A DNA stretch of 27,890 nt, from the NCBI GenBank assembly GCA_049510745.1, contig JBEKYR010000058.1:1-27890 (forward strand), in the 5' to 3' direction. The notes beneath the pieces are model-generated. The model was not told where the DNA came from. It saw only the letters and a program-made list of their open reading frames with translations, and did not search any database. Positions 7,857 to 16,988 of the stretch are shown one piece after another (positions within the stretch are counted from its first letter, which is position 1; every line of letters begins with the position of its first letter). The position numbers and the translations under genes were made by a program. Source of the stretch: Verrucomicrobiota bacterium. Lineage in GTDB: Bacteria; Verrucomicrobiota; Verrucomicrobiia; Limisphaerales; Palsa-1400.

Positions 7857-8492
7857 TCATGGGCGAGACCTGCCGATAGGCATCAGGCATAGCGGCTCTT
7901 CGTTCGCAGCGAGAGACAACACCTGTTTCACCTCGGCATCATCGAAGGCGCCGACCACAACCGTGCCAAGATCAAGCGCAACGGCCTGCAGATGGACGTT
8001 CTGAGCCGCGTGCCCGACCTCCATAAGCACGTAACGTTCAGCCCGCTGTCGGTACCTCCTGGCCGTCCGCTCGAAGACCGCTGCCAGGACAATCGTCACC
8101 GGCGCGTCCACCAACCAGTCCTGTCCCAGCGCGGCGGTGGCCAGCTTGGCTCGCTGGTCCCCTTGGGCGATCAGGAGCAAATCGTGGCCCTCAGGCCGGT
8201 ATCGGTAAACGCCGGCGGGCAGATCGCCTGCCTTCCCCGCCACAACATAAACTTCCAATGGATAAAGCGCCCCAGCCGAAGGCGCCGTGCGCTTTCCCTC
8301 CGGGCCAGTAAGGCCCTGGGCGGCCCAGAGGAGTTGCGAAACCTCTGGCAACGCCAGTGGTTTCTTGTCGAATTCCCGAACGGACCTTCGCCGGCGCAAG
8401 GCCGATTCAATGGAGGTCTGGCTGTCCAGGCGTGGTTCCGGGAGCTTGATCGCGCCGGCGGGCTTGCGGGCGACTGGAGGGTCGTTTGCCAT
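7857..8492 (-). CDS. SagB/ThcOx-family nitroreductase-like dehydrogenase
   Basis: 'RRRSVREF', 'LLWAAQG', '[13 protein letters not shown]', '[13 protein letters not shown]', 'VGAFDD'. Confidence 0.92.
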   Translation of the reverse strand: MANDPPVARKPAGAIKLPEPRLDSQTSIESALRRRRSVREFDKKPLALPEVSQLLWAAQGLTGPEGKRTAPSAGALYPLEVYVVAGKAGDLPAGVYRYRPEGHDLLLIAQGDQRAKLATAALGQDWLVDAPVTIVLAAVFERTARRYRQRAERYVLMEVGHAAQNVHLQAVALDLGTVVVGAFDDAEVKQVLSLAANEEPLCLMPIGRSRP

Positions 8493-8656
8493 ACGAATCT
8501 TGACGTCAAGCTATGGCTTGCCGTCTGGAGAACAAGGCCAAAAGGAGCCGGGGAGGTGTTTCCGCTGGTTTTGATGTCCCGTTCAGCGACCGGTGCCAAA
8601 TCTTCCAGTAGCCGGTGAACACTTTAGCCGGACGGGCAGTAGCGCAAGAAATCCTC

Positions 8657-8821
8657 TCAACTCTTCCTGGAAGTGGTCACAGAGACCGAAGTGATGACGT
8701 GTTTCACCTTCTCGCCCTTGCACTTGGGGCATCGCACTTTCTTCTTCTCATGTTCGTCCATCGCCATGGTCAGTGAGAACTCGTGCCCGCACTTCTTGCA
8801 TTCGTACTCGTAGGTTGGCAT
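8657..8821 (-). CDS. FmdB-family zinc-ribbon protein (54 aa, not in ORF track)
   Basis: MPTYEYECKKCGHEF...VRCPKCKGEKV with two CxxC motifs. AAGGAG ribosome-binding site upstream. Confidence 0.9.
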   Translation of the reverse strand: MPTYEYECKKCGHEFSLTMAMDEHEKKKVRCPKCKGEKVKHVITSVSVTTSRKS

Positions 8822-8950
8822 AAGTTTCCGTCTCCTTTTAGCAGCTTATGGTCATTATTAGCTCATGGTTGCGCATCCAGCACTCCCGGAAGCGTTTGTG
8901 ACGCAATTGTACTCAGCCCCAACGGATGAGGCAACCGAATTTGCGCAGGA

Positions 8951-9196
8951 TCACCCTCTTTGTCCCAGGTACCATTCATCCGACTCCAAGTCATGTTTGA
9001 GCAGGTATTCACGCTGATCCATGCCCCGCACTTTGAAGTAATCCGCACGGGGCCACTGGGGTTTGCTCTCAACTTGGTACCAACGATCGAGGACTTCTTC
9101 CACTTCGATGGGCCGTTCGTCCCAAGTGAATCGGCGCGGCGTCTCGTCGGCTTTGATTCCGGCGTAGCATTCGACTTTGATCGGGATCAGTCTCAT
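8951..9196 (-). CDS. Conserved small hypothetical protein (DUF6504-like)
   Basis: 'VECYAG.KADETPRRF...VEEVLDRWY...DYFKVR...YLLKHD...W' pattern. Confidence 0.7.
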   Translation of the reverse strand: MRLIPIKVECYAGIKADETPRRFTWDERPIEVEEVLDRWYQVESKPQWPRADYFKVRGMDQREYLLKHDLESDEWYLGQRG

Positions 9197-9294
9197 GTCG
9201 GCCTTCCAAGCCATCCCTCTACATCGGCGGATGCGGTTCAGTCGTGTCTATTCGCCGATGCGCACAAGGCAGGCAATAGGCCTGCGACGCGCCC

Positions 9295-9693
9295 TCAGAG
9301 TTTGTATCCAATCTGGCGAAGGAATTGCTTTCGCCATTCGATGTCCGCCTCCCCTTCAACCCCCTTGGGCGGCAGACCATCCACGACGCCCACGATGGCG
9401 CGCCCCTGATCGGTTTCCGCCACCAGCACCTGAACTGGATTGGCCGTAGCGCAGAAAATCCGGCAGACCTCGGGCACCATTTTGACGGCATTGAGCACAT
9501 TGACCGGATAAAAACCCTCCGCAAGAAAAAGGATAAAGCTGTGCCCGGCCCCGATGGCCAAGGCGTTCTTCTTGGCCAGTTCGATCATAGCCGGATCGGT
9601 GCCGGTCCAGCGCACCAGGCATTTGCCGGATGATTCGCAAAATGCCAGCCCAAACTTGATGCCGGGCACGGCGGTGACCAAGGCCTCATGGAT
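9295..9693 (-). pseudogene. Adenosine-specific kinase family (DUF355) protein, 5'-truncated
   Basis: Similarity starts at IHEALVTAVPGIKFGLAFCE and continues through HSF...CATANP. The usual N-terminal segment (GQxHFIKTVED) is absent, and there is an in-frame TGA at 9754-9756. Confidence 0.8.
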
Positions 9694-9738
9694 GGCCAAC
9701 CCGGATTCACCCGGGACAACCCCAAGCGACGCAACGGC

Positions 9739-9824
9739 TTTGGCGCCGCTGATTCACGCGTGGCGCCGCGAGCGTTCAAATCAATCGACCGTCAACGGGC
9801 GCAGACCCGCTGCCGGACGCGTTT
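9739..9824. repeat. 86-bp direct repeat, copy 1
   Basis: 73/86 identical, ungapped, to 16588-16673. Confidence 0.92.
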
Positions 9825-10149
9825 ATCCTGGGGCAGATAGCTCGTGCCAAGTAGCAGGGTGCAATCAGGGTACAAGTAATGACCGGCTCGTGGCGCTCTA
9901 GCTCCTCACGATATGGAGGCCGGCTCGGTCCTGGGCCAGAGATCTTGCGTGCGGCGACGCCTGCATGAGCTTCGTCTTTGCCTCATCAAAGTTCATCGAA
10001 CCGACGATACCATCGCCGTTAATACCCAGGGGACCGGTCGTGGATGAATCAAGCATCTTGCAGGGAGGAATTCTGCTGCTCCCCAGACCGGACGAACCGC
10101 GTGCTGGAAATCATTGTCAGGGAGATGGGCCTAGGCTATTGTGAAACAA

Positions 10150-11139
10150 ATGAAGGCGGCGTTGATCAAGCGTTTATTCTCGGCCGTTCATCAAGGGCTG
10201 ACCCCTGATGTTGAGGTGATTTGTGCCCGCATCATCGAGAGTGAGCGAGCGCATGGTCACGAGAAACTTGCTGCCGACCTCGAAAAAATCGTTAAAGAGT
10301 CTCGGCCAACGAAAGCCTCAGGCGGAGTGCCACCCCAGGATGTCCGTGGGCTACAGCCCCTCCCTTCAAGCAAACGCGAGGCCACGCCATTGGTGGTGGT
10401 CATTCCTCACGATAGGTTGCGCCACCAAATGGTGCTGCCAGAAATGGTTGAAAGTCGATTTCTTCGAATCGAAAAGGAGTACGCCGCCCGCAGCCGGCTG
10501 GCAATGTTCGGTCTGCGTCCGCGGTCTCGCATTATGCTGCATGGTCCACCTGGCTGTGGAAAGAGCCTGGGAGCTGAACGGTTGGCGTGGGCCACCGGAT
10601 TGCCCTTGCATAAAGTCCGTTTCGACACATTGCTCTCGTCCTATTTCGGGGAAACAGCGGTGAATCTCCGGCGGGTGTTCGATTCGGCAGAACAAACGCC
10701 TTGCGCCCTTTTTCTCGACGAGTGCGATACTATTGCACGAGCACGAGGGGACCGCAACGATGTTGGCGAGGCACAGCGAATCGTGAACATGCTGCTCCAA
10801 TTGTTGGAGGAGTACCATGGCAATGGGTTCGTCATTGCCGCGACGAATTTGCAGGAGTCGTTGGACCGGGCGATCCTTCGGCGCTTCGATGAAGTGATTG
10901 AGATTCCCAAACCGGCATTGCCTGAAATCGTGAGGCTGCTGAAGCAAACGCTCTCGTCGATCAAGACCGACCCCGCAATTCTGTGGGAGCAGGTGGCGGT
11001 GCAAATGGAGGGACTCAGGTGCTCAGACGTGACAAGGGCTGCCGAAAATGCCGCAAAACGAACGGTGATGAGCAATCGAGATACTGTCATTGCAAAAGAC
11101 TTTGAAGGCGCGATCTCGGAGTTGAAACGGCACTGCTAA
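10150..11139 (+). CDS. ietA: AAA+ ATPase, IetA-like
   Basis: Walker A GPPGCGKS, Walker B LFLDE, AATN sensor, RRFD arginine finger. 14 bp upstream of the S8 protease gene. Alternative GTG start at 10141. Confidence 0.85.
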   Translation: MKAALIKRLFSAVHQGLTPDVEVICARIIESERAHGHEKLAADLEKIVKESRPTKASGGVPPQDVRGLQPLPSSKREATPLVVVIPHDRLRHQMVLPEMVESRFLRIEKEYAARSRLAMFGLRPRSRIMLHGPPGCGKSLGAERLAWATGLPLHKVRFDTLLSSYFGETAVNLRRVFDSAEQTPCALFLDECDTIARARGDRNDVGEAQRIVNMLLQLLEEYHGNGFVIAATNLQESLDRAILRRFDEVIEIPKPALPEIVRLLKQTLSSIKTDPAILWEQVAVQMEGLRCSDVTRAAENAAKRTVMSNRDTVIAKDFEGAISELKRHC

Positions 11140-11153
11140 GGGATTCCTCTGCG

Positions 11154-13751
11154 ATGGCATTCCCACACCTCAGACTGCTGGCGATCGAACGAGGCCGAGC
11201 CAAACTTCAAGGAGGCGGCAAAGAAGCCCCAGAAGTGAAGGCCAACAAAGCAAGCCGCCACCAACATGCGGGATTGATCCGCCAAAAGTTGGGGGACATC
11301 ACTGCATATTGGCAGCGAGTCCAGCTTGATCGGGAGCAGAGGGGCTTGCCCCCGATTCCCGGTGGTATTCCATTCCTATTGCGAATACCCGAGCGGGCGG
11401 AAGAATTGCTTTATCGTCTCGAAAAGGACTTTGGGGTGACGATTGTGGCCCAGTTTGAAGAGGGCTTTCTGATGGTGGCCTCAGAAGACATATCCCTGGC
11501 AGCCTTCCAACAGCTCACCACGGAATTTGAAAATGAGGTTCACGGGGCGACGGCAATGGCGTCAATCCTGGACGTTTATGACGATGGCAGATCCGATGAC
11601 CGGCTGAAGAAAATTCTCTCTCCTGAGCTTTTGACCATCTGGCCCTTGGTTGACACAAACACGTATATCCTGGATGTCAGCATTCAGACGGCGGGGCTCG
11701 GCACCGAGGTTAGCAACCCGCCAAAGCAGCGGAAAAAAGAGAGCCAAGAGGAGTTTGAGCACCGAAGGCAGGAATGGGAAGCGGAGTGGCGGGCGACAGA
11801 GGTCAAATGGGATGAGAATCAAATCGAGACGGAAGACGATTTGGGCAGGTTTCTACGTCCGTATGGTGGCCAGATCATCGATCAGGTAGGGGGGCAACCG
11901 ACAATTGAGGGCGGCGTGGTAAAGCTGCCAGATAGTTTCTCCGTGCGGATTCGGATGAGTGGTCAGGGCTTTACTGACCTCCTCAAGAACTATGCCCGGG
12001 TTTTCGAGGGCAATTTGCCAGAGGACATCGAACAGCCTGATCCCATACCCCAGATGGCTCAACCTGGCGATTATCCCCCCGTGGGCGTCCCACAGGAGAA
12101 CGCACCGGCCGTTTGCGTCATCGACAGCGGCATCCAGGAAGGCCATAGGTTATTGCAGCCCGCGATTGACGCTGGCAACTCCCGGTCTTTCTTAGCTGGC
12201 CAAGATGTGGCAGATCGAGTTGCACCAGATGGGCATGGTACACCCGTAGCCGGAGCAGTGCTCTACCGGGATTTTTTCCCAGGGAACCAGAGTGGCGAAG
12301 CAGTTTGCTGGATACAAAATGCCCGCTTGCTGAACGACCAAAAAACCCTGCCCACAGACGTTTATCCACCGCTGGCGCTACGGGAGATCATTACCCACTA
12401 CCGGAATGGCAACCGGCGGACGCGCATTTTCAACCATTCCATTGCAGCCAATGGGCCGTGTCGGCCGGTGCGCATGAGTACATGGGGCGCGGAAATTGAC
12501 TTATTGAGTCACGAACTTGATGTTCTTGTCATTCAGGTTGCAGGAAACATTCCTGGGCGTACGAACTCAGTCCAGCGCCCGGGGATCATCGAAAACATTG
12601 CCGCTGGGCGTCCGTATCCGGATTATCTGAGGGAATCGTCTTCCAGAATCTCAAACCCTGGACAAAGCTTGCAGGCGATAACGGTTGGATCCGTTGGAAT
12701 GGCAACAATCGACGATGGCAACCGGGCGACGATTGGCGGCGAGACTCGCCCATCGGCGTTCTCCCGGTCGGGCTGGGGCCTCTGGGAGACGTTTAAGCCG
12801 GATGTGGTTGAAATCGGCGGAGATTATCTAATTGATGCGAGCCGGACCAACCTTTCGACAACGGAAGCGGCCAGCCCGGAATTGGTTCGCTGCACGTTCG
12901 CGACCCCTGGCGCTGCCACGACTCGAGCTTTGGTTGGCACTTCGTTTGCCGCCCCACGGGTGGCGGGAATCGCGGCCGCCCTTCAAAGGGTTTTGCCCGA
13001 TCAACCAACATTGCTGTACCGTGCGCTGATAATCCAGTCAGCACGGTGGCCAGATTGGATGGAGAGGCTCTCTCCCGACGAGCAGATCAAGTGGATGAAG
13101 TCCCTGGGATTCGGCATCCCTGATCCGGCTCGTGCAACCTCAAACACGGACCGACGGGTAACGCTCGTCACGGAGGGGTGCCAGGCCGTTCATGCTCTGG
13201 AAGCTGCCATTTACATTGTGGATATCCCTGCTGAGATGAGATCGCCCGGCAGCGAGTTTGACGTGAGAATCGAAGTCACGTTGAGCTATTCCAGCAAGCC
13301 TCGGCGCACGCGCAGTTCGCGGAAAGGCTACCAGGAAATTTGGCTTGACTGGATTGCCTCGAAGAAGGGTGAGAGCCTCGACGCTTTCAGGGCTCGGGCG
13401 ATCAAAGGATTTGGGGAGACGGAGGATTCGGACTCAGTGGATTGGATGCTGCACGAGCGAAAAGACTGGGGAATCCTGCGGGGAATTCACCGGCAGGCCA
13501 GCACCGTACAAAAGGACTGGGTGGTGCTAAAGGCGCATGAGCTTCCTGAAACCTTCGCCGTCGCGGTGCGCGGGCACAATGGATGGAGCAAGGACCCTAA
13601 TTCGACTGCCAAGTTTGCGCTGGCCGTTACGATTGAGGCCGAGGCGTGCCCAGTGCCGATTTACGCGATGATTCAGCAGGAACAAGCGGTGCAGCTGGAG
13701 CAGATACAGACAAAGAACCAGGTGAGGGTTTCTTCGCAGGCGACCTCCTGA
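11154..13751 (+). CDS. ietS: S8 (subtilisin) family serine protease, IetS-like
   Basis: Catalytic triad in VIDSG, GHGTPVAG, GTSFAAP, plus AGN oxyanion and KPDVV motifs. No signal peptide. Paired with the AAA ATPase. Confidence 0.88.
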   Translation: MAFPHLRLLAIERGRAKLQGGGKEAPEVKANKASRHQHAGLIRQKLGDITAYWQRVQLDREQRGLPPIPGGIPFLLRIPERAEELLYRLEKDFGVTIVAQFEEGFLMVASEDISLAAFQQLTTEFENEVHGATAMASILDVYDDGRSDDRLKKILSPELLTIWPLVDTNTYILDVSIQTAGLGTEVSNPPKQRKKESQEEFEHRRQEWEAEWRATEVKWDENQIETEDDLGRFLRPYGGQIIDQVGGQPTIEGGVVKLPDSFSVRIRMSGQGFTDLLKNYARVFEGNLPEDIEQPDPIPQMAQPGDYPPVGVPQENAPAVCVIDSGIQEGHRLLQPAIDAGNSRSFLAGQDVADRVAPDGHGTPVAGAVLYRDFFPGNQSGEAVCWIQNARLLNDQKTLPTDVYPPLALREIITHYRNGNRRTRIFNHSIAANGPCRPVRMSTWGAEIDLLSHELDVLVIQVAGNIPGRTNSVQRPGIIENIAAGRPYPDYLRESSSRISNPGQSLQAITVGSVGMATIDDGNRATIGGETRPSAFSRSGWGLWETFKPDVVEIGGDYLIDASRTNLSTTEAASPELVRCTFATPGAATTRALVGTSFAAPRVAGIAAALQRVLPDQPTLLYRALIIQSARWPDWMERLSPDEQIKWMKSLGFGIPDPARATSNTDRRVTLVTEGCQAVHALEAAIYIVDIPAEMRSPGSEFDVRIEVTLSYSSKPRRTRSSRKGYQEIWLDWIASKKGESLDAFRARAIKGFGETEDSDSVDWMLHERKDWGILRGIHRQASTVQKDWVVLKAHELPETFAVAVRGHNGWSKDPNSTAKFALAVTIEAEACPVPIYAMIQQEQAVQLEQIQTKNQVRVSSQATS

Positions 13752-13813
13752 TGGCGAGAACAGTACCGAAGCTCCTCAACGGGGGCGGCGTTGTAGGGTC
13801 GGCGCAACCGGCT

Positions 13814-16563
13814 TCATAGGACGTCAAACTGGAGAGGCCGGTTAGCGATGCCTACACGGCTGTGGAGTTGGTTTTCGACGTCTACCTGGAGCATGGCACC
13901 GACGGAGGCAACACGACCCGTGCGGAGTTGACCGTCCTGACGCCATTGGATACGGGAGCCGACCTTTGGAACGTTGGGCTTGAAGGTGTTTGGCGGGGCA
14001 GCAACGGTTTTCCACCCACAATCGAAGCGATGCTGGGTGATCTTTTGAGCCGGATTTTGGATGGTGTGGATTTTGACCTTGTCCGGCTCCCGAGCGTACT
14101 CGACCACGTAGAGCCAAAAGTCATCGCCATGCTGCCGGGCAAAGTCCATTTGGGCCGGGTAGAGCGGGACACCGTCCACCTCCCAAGCGCCACCAATTCC
14201 CTTGACTTCAATGTAGCGAGGCCGCCCTTGCTGCAGGGCTTTTACGGGGCAAAATACGTCGAACCCAGGTTTGTTGTGGATGTGGTTGGAGGCATCAGGA
14301 TTGCGCCCTTGGGATCGCTCGTACTGGAGGACCCAGTGGACGGCCCAGTCGCCGATTTCTTTGTTGGGGCGCAATTCATCGTCGGCGTTATCACCGTCAC
14401 GTTCGGCTCGCTGACGCTGGGCCTCTGTGACTTCATAGCTCAGAAGGCGGCCTTTTGGTTTCTGCTCGGCGCGGGAGGCACCGGCGGAGCGGCGGTCGGT
14501 TTTGCGCTGACCGGGTGTTGAGGAACTACCGCCGGAGCCCCGCCCGCCGCCTTGGCGGCCCGAGCCTCTGGTTTGGCCGGATTGGGAACCGGCCTGACTG
14601 CCGCTTCCTCCGGTGCCGCCTGGTTGCTGCTGGCCACCCGGTTGCTGGCCGCTCGGTTGCTGGCCGCTCGGTTGCTGGCCGCTCGGTTGCTGGCCGCTCC
14701 GCTGTTGGCCCACACCGTCACCTGGCTGTTTTTTGGAATCGCCGCTTCCCTCGGCAGGTTTCTCTTGGCCGTTCTCGTCGAAGATGGTTGAGCGACCTTC
14801 CTCGGGTTTCTCCTCTTCATCGCTGGTGGCCTGATTATCCTCCACCCGACGGACTCGGAGCTTGTCGAGGATGGATTCGATACGGTCCGGGGCGCACTGG
14901 AGGATTTTGGTGAGAGGGCTGAGGTCCTGGAGGTCCTCTGCTCCGATCCAGTGCTGAAGTGCCGAGGCTACCTGCTCATAAAGCACGTCCGCCCCGGCTT
15001 CAGAAAGGGTAAGGGCGTAATCGGTGGAATCTGGTGGAGTGTGGAAGAAGAGTTCCTCGGATGTCGCGAGAAGAACTTTCTTGCCGTCGTCAAGCACATG
15101 ATGGGAGCACTGGAGGGTTTTTGCAGCGTTGACGCGGATCTCGGAGACCCAGTCAAGGTCGAGGTCGCTGGTGGCAATGGAACTGCGCGAAAGGATTCGT
15201 CGGAGGCCAGCGGCGAACTCCTGGGTTTTGAAGAGATTTTCGATGGTTGCGCAACGGTCGAGAAACTCTAGGTTCTGGGACTCAGGCCAGAGACCCTCCG
15301 GCTCGGTGATGATATAATCTGAGAGACGCCTGAGGTTGAGCCTCGCGAGGAGTTTGGTTGGGATTTGGGGATGATGAAGGTGGACAGGACTTTCTTCCAG
15401 TTTTTCGTCGAGCCACGTGGCGTCGTGAAAGAAAAGTTCGCTGGGAAGAACAGGGCAGCCGTCGCGGTCGAGGAGACGCATATCCGGCAGCGGGTCCTGG
15501 TCGGGGAGCAGTTCCTCGATGCGCACCAGTGTGCGGATGAACTGAGCCTCTTGTTTCCCGTCCAACTGGCTTGGAGTGGACTCGTGGATTTCGCGGGTCA
15601 AGCGGCAGAGGTCGCTGAGGTCGGGTTTATCCTTGCGGCCGAGAGCGGATAGGCCAGCCTCGATTTCTGCCGGGCCGAAGTAGGCCTGAGACCACCAGGG
15701 GGCGGCGAACGGAACTGATTCACGGAACGTGTCTTTGGGTTTTCGGAAGCGGCCTTCATTGCCGACGTAAATGCAGTCGTGGCCCGCAAAGGCGGCATGG
15801 AGGGGAGCTGACTCTGTGGGTTCAAGCTGGCCGAAGTAAGAATAGATGCGCTGAAGGGGGGTCTTGATGACCTTTGGGTCGGGGCAGCCACTGCCGTCCA
15901 GGGTGGTGAGCAGGTTGCAGAAGTGGATGGTGACGATAGCGACGGTGGGCAAAACGACTTCGGGCACGATTTCGCGAATGGCTAGCGGGATGCCTTCCCT
16001 CTGGTCGGCACTTAGTGGCAGGAGGTGTTTGACGCTGGCAACCAGGTGGCCAACCGATGGCGGATAAAGCTCGGTCAGGCGAAAGAGCTGCATTGGTGGA
16101 TCGGCGGCGACGAGGAGGTGTTTGAGATTCTTGTCGCCGCGCAGTGGGGGGCACCAGGTGCGGGTACGCAGGAACTCTCTGAAGGAGATGTTCGTCTTGT
16201 CCTGGAGATCGACCCGCCCGTCTCTGAGGGATGACCAGTTCTGGACGATGTGCTGGAGTACGGACACGAGCTGTTCCTCCGCGGCAGCCAAGGTTTCGGA
16301 CACAGGGGACGGACCGCTTTCTTCCTTGGTTACGAATATCTGCTTTAGTCTTTCGATGTGGCAGGCCAGATCCTGCGGGCGCGGTGTTTTGCAGATGTCC
16401 AGACGGTCGAAAAATGGGAACCAGCGGTCCCATTCTTTGCCGTAGCAGTCGTCATCCGGGACAACAGCGAGGTCACCGAGAACGTCGCGGATGGTTTTAT
16501 TATTGGGAATGTAGAGGTGGCGGCACTGCGACAGGACATTGTTGCTGCCGAGAACCAGTGCGG
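13814..16563 (-). pseudogene. Sacsin-like protein with DUF3883/NOV_C (PD-(D/E)xK-type) C-terminal domain, probably 5'-truncated
   Basis: 'PGFDV...RYIEVKG...Q...A...GDDFWLYVVE' and sacsin-like 'PSELFFHDATWL...HLHHPQIP'. No HATPase N-terminus. The ORF-track start (TTG 16633) lies inside the 86-bp repeat. Confidence 0.7.
14624..14710 (-). repeat. 15-bp tandem repeat encoding (QQPSG)n linker
   Basis: ggttgctggccgctc units, about 5-6 copies including degenerate ones. Confidence 0.9.
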
Positions 16564-16587
16564 AGGAGCGTAAGGAGCAGGGGCAAG

Positions 16588-16673
16588 TTTGGCACCGCCG
16601 ATTCACGCGCGGTGCCGCGAGTGTTCGAACCAAGTGACCGTCAAGGGGCGCGGGCCCGCCGCCGGACGCGTTT
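16588..16673. repeat. 86-bp direct repeat, copy 2
   Basis: 73/86 identical to 9739-9824. Contains perfect GGCACCGC/GCGGTGCC stem. Confidence 0.92.
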
Positions 16674-16753
16674 GGTCGAACGGAAACAATTGGGGACCTC
16701 GAGGCAAACGGCAGGTCAAAACATCCCGAAACGGCCGGAAACCGGGAGAAAAG

Positions 16754-16776
16754 TGTGACTACTCCTGTGACTACTC
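16754..16776. repeat. Tandem TGTGACTACTC x2, putative integrase arm-type sites
   Basis: Perfect 11-mers at 16754-16764 and 16766-16776, 45 bp from the tRNA 3' end. Confidence 0.6.
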
Positions 16777-16804
16777 GAGGGGCGACCTTTCTTGACAGTT
16801 AACG

Positions 16805-16817
16805 TAAGTCGTTGATA
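16805..16817 (-). promoter_or_regulatory. IHF consensus site adjacent to tRNA att
   Basis: TATCAACGACTTA matches WATCAANNNNTTR, starting 3 nt after the CCA. Confidence 0.6.
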
Positions 16818-16820
16818 ATG

Positions 16821-16897
16821 TGGCGCATCCGGCAGGACTTGAACCTGCAACCTTCTGATCCGAAGTCAGAAGCTCTATCCAATTGAGCTACGGATGC
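16821..16897 (-). tRNA. tRNA-Arg(TCG)
   Basis: GCATCCG acceptor stem, D arm, TCTGA-CTTCGGA-TCAGA anticodon arm, GGTTCAAGTCC T arm, encoded CCA. 77 nt. Confidence 0.96.
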
Positions 16898-16929
16898 GTC
16901 GAGAAAACATTGGCGCACTTCACGCCGCA

Positions 16930-16959
16930 ACCTTACCCCTGAAGCGCTATCGAGGTCAA
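16930..16959 (-). promoter_or_regulatory. Putative sigma70 promoter of tRNA-Arg
   Basis: TTGACC-N18-TAAGGT on the minus strand. Confidence 0.45.
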
Positions 16960-16988
16960 TACAACCGCAGAGACATCGCACGCCTGGC

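Larger units (their letters stand above)
900..16820. mobile_element. Composite tyrosine-recombinase genomic island at the 3' end of tRNA-Arg (left boundary uncertain)
   Basis: Integrases, Xis-like genes, att-like motifs, defence genes, truncated genes and visibly AT-richer segments. IHF site and tandem repeat directly after the tRNA CCA end. Confidence 0.65.

Noticed and set aside
9898..10036. Short minus-strand ORF upstream of ietA
   Set aside because: No recognisable family or clear RBS; cannot be supported.
14624..14710. Tandem repeat as CRISPR array
   Set aside because: No spacers; it is an in-frame coding repeat.
15371..15381. ATGATGAAGGT, reverse complement of part of the 4834 core
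   Set aside because: Inside coding sequence with no arm sites nearby; likely chance.
16622..16630. TGTTCGAAC as verrucomicrobial LexA box
   Set aside because: Lacks the 4-nt spacer of TGTTC-N4-GAACA and is not conserved in repeat copy 1.
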